Origin: a virus
Lineage: Duplodnaviria > Caudoviricetes
Virus record (IMG/VR): IMGVR_UViG_3300027833_000047
Location: 1-62,802 of that record
DNA length: 62,802 nucleotides
Direction: 5' to 3' (one strand)
The notes beneath the pieces are model-generated. The model saw only the letters and a program-made list of their open reading frames with translations, was not told the origin of the DNA and did no database searches. Made by a program: the position numbers and the translations under genes. Within the stretch, counting starts at the first letter, position 1; the number at the start of each line of letters is the position of its first letter. Shown here in pieces: positions 31,596 to 41,500 of this stretch.

Positions 31596-34500
31596 TTAAC
31601 TTCGATTCCAAACATTTATTTTGGCTTTAAAAACCGCTTCCGCCGTATCAAAAAGTTTTTTTGACTCAGTATTCGTTGTTAAATCATGGTTTACTGATGC
31701 GATAATTGAATCATCTATATTACTACCTGCGGTTAATTCTTTATCTAATGTAGTAAATCTAAAGGTATAATACCATAAGTAAGCAAAAGTTTTAGGTAAG
31801 TTACCATTAATTGTCGTATTAACTAAAAACGCATCAATTATTTGTTCGTACTGTGAACATACTTGATTCATAAACGTAATTGAATCTCCTGGCGATTTAA
31901 ATGAAAGATAAGGAATTGCATAATCACTATCATTAACACACACTTGTTCTTCAAAATTAATTGTCCATCTTGCATTTTCTTTAAGATTTTTTAGGTTGAA
32001 GTGATTATTATTAATACTAACTACATTACTTCCTTTACCATTTTCAACATAACCAACACCGAAAATAAATTGTTTTACATTATCGTTAAAACTACTACTT
32101 CCGTCAATTAAAGTTTTAAATTTAGTTTCAGTGATACTTTTTCGTGTAATATCAACATAAGGTTTACTAACTTTTTGTACTGCAACACATTTTTGATTGT
32201 CAGCGATTTGTGTTTTCGCTCCACTCTTAGTAGAACTATTTTTGATATCTGTGGACCTAGTAACGGTATCCGCAGTAGAACCTTCGAGAGTCGGTATTCT
32301 CCTAACTTCTGATAAGTAATTTTGTACAATTTCTCTATTTACGCTCGATATTAAACCGTCTGGCATTTTTAACGAATATTTTGACATTCGTACACCCTCA
32401 AAAGTTGTTTGAAAGTCTCTTGTGGTTATGTCATGAGTAACACTAGTAATTAAATAAGGTCCATAAAACATTGGTACGTATCTTAAATTAAAATACATTG
32501 TAGGTTGAATCATAACATTACCCATAGAAGTAACACTACAATTATAACTAGACGCCTTATAAAAATTATATAAACTTACGGACTGTTGTGCTACTTTTTG
32601 TCCTTCGGCCTGTGACCCCATATCTGCGAGTATCTGAAATGTTGGTGCAATATTTTTTCTTTGGGACATATCAATGTTAATTGCTTTAAATATACTTTGA
32701 TTTTGTACACCAAAATCCACATTGAACGCAACAACTTTATTTCTATTTGAAAAGTTAGTAACTCCATCTTCAGAGGCTCTAACACTATTTTGTGATGGTA
32801 TTGAGATATCAAAAGAGTCATCACCATATAAGTAATTATCGTTTTCCGGTGACGTATTTATTTTTTCGGCGGGTTTACCAACATATATAGCCAATAATTT
32901 AGGTTCAGATGTATGGGTATCTACCTCTAAAAATGTTCCAAAAGTATTATTCGCAATATCACTAAAAGCCGGATTAGGCATACCCTCCTTAACTCTTTCA
33001 TTCCTACCATAGAAATTAGAATAAGATGGTGTCGGCATAAAGATAAAATTATTTTTTTCTAAAATACTCCCTATTAAATCCAATACACTTGTTTGTGCTA
33101 AATTACTTTTTAGAAACCCCCTTAATTGATTAATATCAATAATAACTTTATCCCCGATAGGTCTATTAGCCTTATCTAAAAATAAAAATTGTTCAAATAA
33201 TGTTTTATTTTTAACATCTTGTCCAGATATCCACCTATCATTAAAATTTTTAAATGTTTCCCATAGTTCGGTTTTTAAAGCTCCACCTTTATCGTCTAAC
33301 TTAGAAATTCTCGATTGAGTATTATTTACTTTAACTGTCGGTAACGTTTTATTTAAACTTGTAAATATTTGATTTAACATGTCATTTTGAAATGTGACTT
33401 GTTCAGACATGAAAGCATCAAACGTTTGTTGAAAATCACTTTTTGTTAGATTATTGTTCTCCATTTTTTGTGTCACAAAAACTTTAATTATTTGTGACAA
33501 ATCTCTCACATTTTCTTTAGTGAATTGGATATCCATGGTTGGGAAAAAATCAGTTATGAATGAACCATTATCACTATACATTAAATCAAAATCATCATAG
33601 TAACCAACACGTAAGTATAACTCATCCCAAGCTTCAGGTGACGCTCCTTGACTACCAGCTAATGTCGTGGCATTTGTTGCGGTAGGGACAGAACCCTCCC
33701 TATAGTAACTAAAATCAATTGGGTCTATTGGAATAATACTTTCGACAGATGAGAAAGAATCGAAGACCCTTCTATTAAACCTTCCAGGGTTACCTATTTT
33801 TAATATAACATCCTTTTCTTGTATTGCTGTTTTATTTAAATTAACAAACTGTTCCATCTGTTTATCAGAAATACTTTTAACATCATTTATTGAATTATTT
33901 GTCAGTTCGGGCTTATCTACAATTAATAAACTTTTCATCACCTTTTCAATATTATAATCGTATTCTACGTTAAATGACCCTAAATACTCATCATCATTTG
34001 GTGTTGTTGGGTTAAAAACTATATCTTCATAGTCCTTATCTTTTTTACAAAAATTTAAAAAGTGTTTTTCAAATTCATCTAACATCTCTTTAGAGAAGAT
34101 AGCAAAAATTTCCTCAATAGATTTATATGCTCTGTCATTATCCTTATTAATAACATTAAAGGCATCTTGTTGGGTATCTCCCGTATCAATAACTTTAATA
34201 TATTGAGTTGTTTTAGGTTTTCTTACCCACTCATTATTATAGTAACCATAGTGAGATGATGCCCACAACGACCTAACATTACCGTTTTGAATAGATTTAT
34301 TGTTGATATCTATATTTTGAGTTAAGTGGTTTTGTGAGTTTAGACACTCTCTTTGGGCTTGTGTAAACTTTAAATAACCTGAAGATGGTATTATTAACAT
34401 CTTAGAATTATTAACTGCGTTTCCTGTATTTCCTGACGTTCCTATCGCGGATAACAATTCAAAAGTAGATAAATTAAAATCAAAACTATTATTACCTTCA

Positions 34501-37500
34501 ATATCAAAGTACTGGTAGTAACTATCATAACTTAAAGTATTAAGTACATTACTTTGGTCATATCCCGCAGGTAAAAAATTACTTTGTGATTTACCTAATT
34601 TAAATTGACCCTTATTAAATAAGTCATTTATTTCAGTGTTGGTATACCCCGTTAATGGTGACTTACCTGTAAAGAATTTGTAAGTATCATTCACCACTTT
34701 AGGGTAAAATCCATTGCTAGTAAATTGATGATTAAAATTAATAAGTGTACCAGGAAGTGTTGGATTTATTATGTTGGGTATAAGTACTGGAACTATTTCA
34801 GTTTTTTGAGGAACATAGGTCGTACTCCCTCCCGTATAGTTTTGTACATCATAAACTTTATTTATATCATTAGTAATTGGGTCATAAGCGTTAACATAAT
34901 CAAAATCTTTCCATATTCCGTCAAGAATGTCTCCATTACCTATTTTATCTTCTTTATATCTATGCCATATTGAACCATATTTTAATAACCAAAGATATGG
35001 TATTTTATGTATCGCAGCAAATTTACTTAGACCCGCGTAAATATTATCACCCCACTTAGTGGTATTGACTCCAGCGTCGCTAGTGTTTTTTGTTAAATAT
35101 TTTTCGCTAAGTGTCGGTAATGGTAATGAATTAAGATAAATATACCCTAAACCCACATATGGATTTATTACTCCGTTGGTTTCTCCCGACACCCCTTTTA
35201 ATAATGCATTGGTAAAGTAAGGAGTATTTAATAACGAAGTTGTTTGTATTGAAGTTAGATTATTTGTTGCGGTGTTATAATCAGTACCGTAGTCAATTGG
35301 ACTTTCCGTTAAATAAAAATCCTTATTTTCTCTATTAAAGTAATAATCTTTAGCTTGAGCATTTGTTTGATATTGTGTACTATCACTATTATTACTAGTG
35401 TTTTGATTTGGGTTTGATGGGTAGTTTTTATCGTATTGAAAATAAGTAATAAAGTTATTTTTATATCTTACATCATCAGACGATTGGTCGTCAAATGTGG
35501 AAATAGTTTTTTTAAGTACATTAAAACTCATAACATCAGTAGTACTATTCGCCCTATAAATCTCGGATATATCTTTACCTTTAGAAATGTTTTTTTGTAA
35601 CCAATCAAGATTATTAAATGGATAAACATCCATTAACGTAGTCGCATTTGATGAAGTACCTGTAATATAAGTTTCTAAATCTTTCACGGACTCTGTTGCA
35701 GATATTACCTCAACTGAACTTGTGTTCATACTTTCTTGACTATAAATGCCGAAGTCGTTATCTACATAACCTTTTATATAATTTTGAGTATAAATATCTC
35801 TAGATTTTCTAGCAAAATAACTACCTTCTCCATTATTAGAAATCGATAATAGGTACTGATTAAAAGTCGATGCGTTAAATTTAAATTCCTTAAAAATCTT
35901 CATTAATTCAGGAATGTTCTCCACACCGTCTTTTATATTAGATGATTCGAAATCCGCTAATACATTATATAATGTTTTTCTAAAATTATTATTTCTAATA
36001 ACTTTACTATAATTCGCCCCTAAATAAGTTCTTTCATATATTTCATAAAAAAATGAGACAAACTCTTCATTTGTATATGGCGCAACATTAAAAGGAAACT
36101 CTACAGAGTTTATTCCAATATATTTAGAGACTTGAGTTTCATTACCATAATTTATGTTAATATTAGGTTTATCTTTTTCTAATGAAGCGGTAATATACTC
36201 CTCAGTAAATTGTATTTCAGGCCAAAGATTATAGTTCCATCCTTGAAGTTCACTGGTGACATTAGACCCTCCAGGATATGTTAAAGTATAGTTGGTATCA
36301 TTATTTTCATCCGTCTCTTCAATGAAATATTGAGGCCACGGATAAACTATTTGAGTGTTTTTTAAAGCATCTGACTTACCATCAACTTTTACAGTCTTTA
36401 ATGATGCTTTAGACGCATCAACACCGAAAGATTTTTCAGGTGGCATAATTGCGGTTAACCTCACTGGATTATCTCTAACGTCCCAAGCCCTACTATGGGT
36501 ATTATCCATTAATCGATAAAACGCCTCAGCGTTTGCGCAGATTACGGCTAAAACATTATTTATTGTTGGGTTAAACCCTAAACCCACATCTGAGCTTATT
36601 ATTTTTTTAGCTAACGCTTCGGATAGTTTTGTTTCGATTTCCTCCTTCATTCTCTTGTATGTGGTTTCAATCTTCGCTAATTTAGCTAAAAAACTACCAT
36701 TTTGAAAATTGGCACCTTTAAACACATTACCAAAGGCAATAAGTACTGAAGGATTATCCGTTTCCTGTAACCCACCGTCAGGACCTACCTTATAACTTTT
36801 GGAAGAAACTTTAAACGCCGCCTTAATCTTCCCTTCAAACTCACTTAATTGAGCGTCTGTTGGTTCATTACCATTACGTTTAATATATGTCGACTTATAA
36901 TCTATAACCTCAGGGTCCGTGATTTCTTGTATTAAATCACTTGTTTTAATATTAACGGCTATTTTTGAAGGGGATGTTTTATCCTCTATAACATAAGTCC
37001 CCGGATTATAACCAAATGTAGGATTATCTGTTAGGTACTTATTACCCTCAAGTATAGCGATTTGTAGTTTTGATATCGCAGTTCTACGTCCCTGTTCATC
37101 AAGTTCCTTTTTCAAACCATATAAAGTGGTTGCTTTAGTGTCGTTTAAAACATATATAGAAGTTGAGTCAACAAACTCACTAAACCAATTATCGGTAATA
37201 TCTGGAAAAATACTTCTCCTAAACCTAGAAATTCCCCTTTCATAATTAACAACATTATTTAGAACTGACATATCTTCTTTGGAATACGCTTCCATAACAT
37301 AACGGTTAAAATACTCTAATCTCATTCTCATCTGATTAAGAGTTATTTCGGGAAAGTCTTCTTCAACTAACCCTTTTGACTTATATAAAGAATAAACTTC
37401 TTTAATTTTTTCCATACCTTTAGTCGTATCTATCTTATCTATGGCTACGGTTCCACCCGCGGGTATACCCTTAACATTTTCAAGTTCATAACTTTTAGGG

Positions 37501-38255
37501 TACATATGTGGTGTAGTATACAAATAATCTAATAACGTGTCCTTTAAGAACGCATGTGACCTTGCAACATATGAAGTTGTTATTCGGTAACTACCGTCTG
37601 CCGGGTCAAATCTAGCGTTAAAGTCTTTTAACATTAACTCTAACTTAATAGCTTTACCATAATGACCTTTTACTGTTAATATAAAAATTGGGTAAGGTAA
37701 GTTCATAAATATTGAATAAGGTGACTTATCCCCTCTTTCAAATAAAACCCTTCCCTGTACATCGGTCATTTCAATAGTAACTGTAGGTACAAACGCCGGA
37801 TTCATTTTTATATTAATACGAGTAATACCTAATAATTGAGTATCAACCCCTCTTCCTGAACTAAATATGTCATTTTCACTCTTATTATTTTGTCCAGGCA
37901 AAAATTGGTCAGTCCATGTAGAATCGAAATATTTTGGGTCGTCAGATTCTTTACCACCTAAATTAACATTGGGTTCTTTTTGAGTTTGTGGGTTACCTTC
38001 CATAAAGTTAACCTTTAGTTGAGCAACACCTACATTTTTAACACTATCCTCATAGTTAGAGCCAATCGCCAATTTTGTTCTCGGAATCACTCTAGCCTCC
38101 AAATTGGCGTAAGTTATTAAATTTTCTTGTTTAACATTGCGTTCTTCAACCGTACCGTCAGAATTGACAACTTTATTAGGGTCAACTACTACGACATTAT
38201 CGTATTCGGTTTCAACATAAACCTTATCATTACCAAAAAATTTATTATCTGCCAT
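31596..38255 (-). CDS. Giant baseplate hub protein (gp27/gpD-like) with a C-terminal GH73/glucosaminidase-like domain (2219 aa)
   Basis: CSVTSMGNVMIQP...GPYLITSVTHDI..FQTTFEGVR is a typical hub C-terminus; YVENGKG...NNNHFNLK...YLSFKSPGDSI resembles GH73. Confidence 0.6.
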   Translation of the reverse strand: MADNKFFGNDKVYVETEYDNVVVVDPNKVVNSDGTVEERNVKQENLITYANLEARVIPRTKLAIGSNYEDSVKNVGVAQLKVNFMEGNPQTQKEPNVNLGGKESDDPKYFDSTWTDQFLPGQNNKSENDIFSSGRGVDTQLLGITRINIKMNPAFVPTVTIEMTDVQGRVLFERGDKSPYSIFMNLPYPIFILTVKGHYGKAIKLELMLKDFNARFDPADGSYRITTSYVARSHAFLKDTLLDYLYTTPHMYPKSYELENVKGIPAGGTVAIDKIDTTKGMEKIKEVYSLYKSKGLVEEDFPEITLNQMRMRLEYFNRYVMEAYSKEDMSVLNNVVNYERGISRFRRSIFPDITDNWFSEFVDSTSIYVLNDTKATTLYGLKKELDEQGRRTAISKLQIAILEGNKYLTDNPTFGYNPGTYVIEDKTSPSKIAVNIKTSDLIQEITDPEVIDYKSTYIKRNGNEPTDAQLSEFEGKIKAAFKVSSKSYKVGPDGGLQETDNPSVLIAFGNVFKGANFQNGSFLAKLAKIETTYKRMKEEIETKLSEALAKKIISSDVGLGFNPTINNVLAVICANAEAFYRLMDNTHSRAWDVRDNPVRLTAIMPPEKSFGVDASKASLKTVKVDGKSDALKNTQIVYPWPQYFIEETDENNDTNYTLTYPGGSNVTSELQGWNYNLWPEIQFTEEYITASLEKDKPNININYGNETQVSKYIGINSVEFPFNVAPYTNEEFVSFFYEIYERTYLGANYSKVIRNNNFRKTLYNVLADFESSNIKDGVENIPELMKIFKEFKFNASTFNQYLLSISNNGEGSYFARKSRDIYTQNYIKGYVDNDFGIYSQESMNTSSVEVISATESVKDLETYITGTSSNATTLMDVYPFNNLDWLQKNISKGKDISEIYRANSTTDVMSFNVLKKTISTFDDQSSDDVRYKNNFITYFQYDKNYPSNPNQNTSNNSDSTQYQTNAQAKDYYFNRENKDFYLTESPIDYGTDYNTATNNLTSIQTTSLLNTPYFTNALLKGVSGETNGVINPYVGLGYIYLNSLPLPTLSEKYLTKNTSDAGVNTTKWGDNIYAGLSKFAAIHKIPYLWLLKYGSIWHRYKEDKIGNGDILDGIWKDFDYVNAYDPITNDINKVYDVQNYTGGSTTYVPQKTEIVPVLIPNIINPTLPGTLINFNHQFTSNGFYPKVVNDTYKFFTGKSPLTGYTNTEINDLFNKGQFKLGKSQSNFLPAGYDQSNVLNTLSYDSYYQYFDIEGNNSFDFNLSTFELLSAIGTSGNTGNAVNNSKMLIIPSSGYLKFTQAQRECLNSQNHLTQNIDINNKSIQNGNVRSLWASSHYGYYNNEWVRKPKTTQYIKVIDTGDTQQDAFNVINKDNDRAYKSIEEIFAIFSKEMLDEFEKHFLNFCKKDKDYEDIVFNPTTPNDDEYLGSFNVEYDYNIEKVMKSLLIVDKPELTNNSINDVKSISDKQMEQFVNLNKTAIQEKDVILKIGNPGRFNRRVFDSFSSVESIIPIDPIDFSYYREGSVPTATNATTLAGSQGASPEAWDELYLRVGYYDDFDLMYSDNGSFITDFFPTMDIQFTKENVRDLSQIIKVFVTQKMENNNLTKSDFQQTFDAFMSEQVTFQNDMLNQIFTSLNKTLPTVKVNNTQSRISKLDDKGGALKTELWETFKNFNDRWISGQDVKNKTLFEQFLFLDKANRPIGDKVIIDINQLRGFLKSNLAQTSVLDLIGSILEKNNFIFMPTPSYSNFYGRNERVKEGMPNPAFSDIANNTFGTFLEVDTHTSEPKLLAIYVGKPAEKINTSPENDNYLYGDDSFDISIPSQNSVRASEDGVTNFSNRNKVVAFNVDFGVQNQSIFKAINIDMSQRKNIAPTFQILADMGSQAEGQKVAQQSVSLYNFYKASSYNCSVTSMGNVMIQPTMYFNLRYVPMFYGPYLITSVTHDITTRDFQTTFEGVRMSKYSLKMPDGLISSVNREIVQNYLSEVRRIPTLEGSTADTVTRSTDIKNSSTKSGAKTQIADNQKCVAVQKVSKPYVDITRKSITETKFKTLIDGSSSFNDNVKQFIFGVGYVENGKGSNVVSINNNHFNLKNLKENARWTINFEEQVCVNDSDYAIPYLSFKSPGDSITFMNQVCSQYEQIIDAFLVNTTINGNLPKTFAYLWYYTFRFTTLDKELTAGSNIDDSIIASVNHDLTTNTESKKLFDTAEAVFKAKINVWNRS

Positions 38256-38562
38256 AATAGAAGAAATGGTTTTCTACCGCCGCTTTGTAATCCTGTAAAG
38301 AATTTGTTAGGGGAAATGGTATAAAAAGTAATGCGTTATCCGGTATATTAGACTCTAAACCACCATACTGTGGATTTGCTGCCAATATTAACCAACCAAA
38401 ATATGGTGACTCATAAAACTCATAACTTAGTTTATCTAACCTACTACGACCAGTCCTAAAAATATATCTCTTATCTGAAGGCTTTGATGGTATTCTAACG
38501 AACGGAACAACTGATTGTTGTCCATTAACTAAAAAGTCAGTATATCTATTCCAATATCTCAT
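38245..38562 (-). CDS. Baseplate wedge LysM-like protein (T4 gp53 / P2 gpX-like)
   Basis: RLDKLSYEFYESPYFGWLILAANP. Confidence 0.8.
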   Translation of the reverse strand: MRYWNRYTDFLVNGQQSVVPFVRIPSKPSDKRYIFRTGRSRLDKLSYEFYESPYFGWLILAANPQYGGLESNIPDNALLFIPFPLTNSLQDYKAAVENHFFYYGR

Positions 38563-38564
38563 AA

Positions 38565-41500
38565 TTAATTAAATGTTACTTTTCCGTTATAAGAGCTTTT
38601 TCCTCCCTTGTTTAATCCAGAATACAACTCATTAAAATATCCGTCTTTAACTGAATTTACGTTCGCTTTAGGTACGTTTATATAATAAAATATTCTTTCT
38701 TTTTCTTTAGTAAATGGTGAGTAGTCATTAAACTTTCTAACTGAGTTACGTTTACTAAACCTATCTAACTCTCTTTCAGTTTTTCTTTGAACTTTTTCAT
38801 AGTCCTTTTGTAAGTCATCAACTATATTATTGACATATCTGTCCCACTTATTAATATCACTTAACCTATCATTTAATAATTTTAATATTACATTGTCCTT
38901 ATCGTTTAGTATTTTTTGATACATAGCATTCATAAATCGAGAATAATATAACCCTTCATCTTGATATTCTATTGAGAATGAATAATCGGACTTAAATGGT
39001 TTTTCCACTAATTGTTTATTATCATCAAATATTTGGTTATAAAACTCTTTTAAGTCAGTACTTAAAGTCACCATATCATTTTCCATTTCCTCATAAGTAT
39101 TATTTGCGTTTTTAGAAGTTTTATCAACATTATCAGTGGCCTCTAATTCCTGTTGTACATTTCTTGCTTTATCCGCAAACCCATCCGTATTAGTCATCAC
39201 AAAACTTATTTTATCTATCGTATCGATTAAACTTATTTGGTTATTTACCACTTTTGGCATAACACTCATATAATCTGATATATAATTTGGCTTAACTTCA
39301 TTAATTAAAGAGATTATATTGAATTTATAGAGGTCAATATCTGCGTTTGTGAAATTTTTATTTTGTATCTTTTTTAATAATGGTGAGTTATTATTATTTA
39401 CGTCATCTATTATTTCATCAAATAAGTTATTTATTTTATTTTGTAACTCATCCTCTTTTGGTTTACCGAATAGATTAGTTCCAGTAGTGGTACCAGTAAA
39501 CCCATTAGTATAATACCCTAAGGTTTTACCATCTGTATAATTTCTCTCATCAGTAAAGTAAGCCAATCCATCTATAGAGTATGTGTTAGCGACTTGATTA
39601 AGTGATTCAGTGATTGAGTTTGCATAATTTTTAACATCTTCAACCGCAGTGGCCATTATCGTTTTATAAGAGGTTTGACCACTAGTGGTACTTTCTGTAG
39701 TTGTTGGGTATGTAGTTAATATATTAGTTTTAATAGTACCAATGGTTACACCCTTAGTTGGTATATCTTCATTAGTTGGTCTATTATCTGAACCAAAGGG
39801 TACGATACTTTCTATAGATTCCCATATCTCTTGATTTAACTCATCTCTTTGTTCTGTGACTACAGACCTATCATCATAAACTTCAGTATTTGCGTAGTAA
39901 TTAAATGAAAGAGCATTTTGTAATCGATTAACAGGTTCTTTTAATCCTTGACCACCTATAAAGAAAAATGACATATTAATATCCGCTAACATTGGTTGAA
40001 CTCCGATTCCTTCAGGGTTCAAATCAAAAGTTAATGGCTCATAACTTATAGATATTTGATTAATGGCTATCTTAGTGTGATAAAAATCCCCAATCCTTAA
40101 TATACATATTGGGGGAGCCCCAAATGAAGTATTCTTAGCGTTGAACTCTGTTGGTCTACCATCGTCTCCAATAACAGGAATCGTATCACCAGGCCTAATA
40201 CATTGTTGTAGAAATGTAAGTCTTGAGTTTAAACCTTCGGGTGTGGTAGAATGAAATGCGGGTTGGAAATACTTTATTTTTTCTTTTATTCCGTTATAAA
40301 CCATCGGCGAGCTTTCTTTAACTAAATCAAAGTAATCACATTCAGTTAACAACTTTCTGACTATTATTTTCGCAACTTCCTGTCTTTGTTTTTCAGTTTT
40401 TGTTGGTTGTTTCATAACCGGTTTCTCAGGTATTGCCGTTTGTGTTTCAGTATCAACTACAGGTGGCGTACTTTCTTCATCAGTTACCTCTATTTCTTCT
40501 TGGTATGGTGTTTCAACAATACTATTAAAAAATACTCTTCTACAACCCATTGCCTGTGGTGAATATACTTTATCTGCCTGAGCTAATTCTTGTGTACAGT
40601 CGACACCACCAATAGTTACCTGTTCTCCCGACGCAACCTCTTTAATTATAAATTTACCATCATCTTTCCATTGTTGTAACGTTTTTTCACTATTTGAAGG
40701 TTTTAATGGTAACATATATTGTATAACGCTATCGATTCTTCTCTTAGATAAAGATTTATTATAATTAACACTATTAGGTGACGACGCAGAACCTTGTAAT
40801 AAGACTTCAACTGTAGAACCCTCGTTTAACGCCTCTCCCACTCCTTCAATAAATAATAAAGTACTATTTAATGGTCCTTTATCTGGACCTGTTAATATGT
40901 TTTTTTCATAAAACTCCTTAACCCCCACTTTATTTTCTGCGCTGGCACTTGCATCATATACGGACTGTTCCGCAATATAATTAGTTAATGTTGTTTCGTA
41001 AGATTCATCAGAGGTCGTAGATGTCGCGTCTTGTGGACCTGGTACATCATTATCAAAATAATAAGAGAAACTGTAAGTATCCTCTTTTACTTTATCAACA
41101 TATTCAACTGTAGCGGGGTCTTCGGTTCCAGGTGTCTCAGTGTTTATAGAATCGAAAGTTTCTTTTACTTCTTCAGGTACAGGTGAGTTAACGATTATTT
41201 CATAGATATCACTATACGTAAATTGAGGATATCTTAACGCCAATTCATATATATCGTATTTTCTACAACCAGCAAAGAATGAATCAACAATACCCGTAAC
41301 TTTATTGTTATTACTTTGATTAGCTAATTCTTTATCCACTATAGCATTTAGTATTGATGGGTGGTCAACCACTATCTTCCAACTTAAATTACCATTTCTT
41401 GTTGTATTATTATACGTATAAATTGGTTCAGGTCGACCTAAAAATTCGTTTGTGTTCCAATTAGCCGAATTAGTTTCACTAACTTTCATGTCATACGGTG

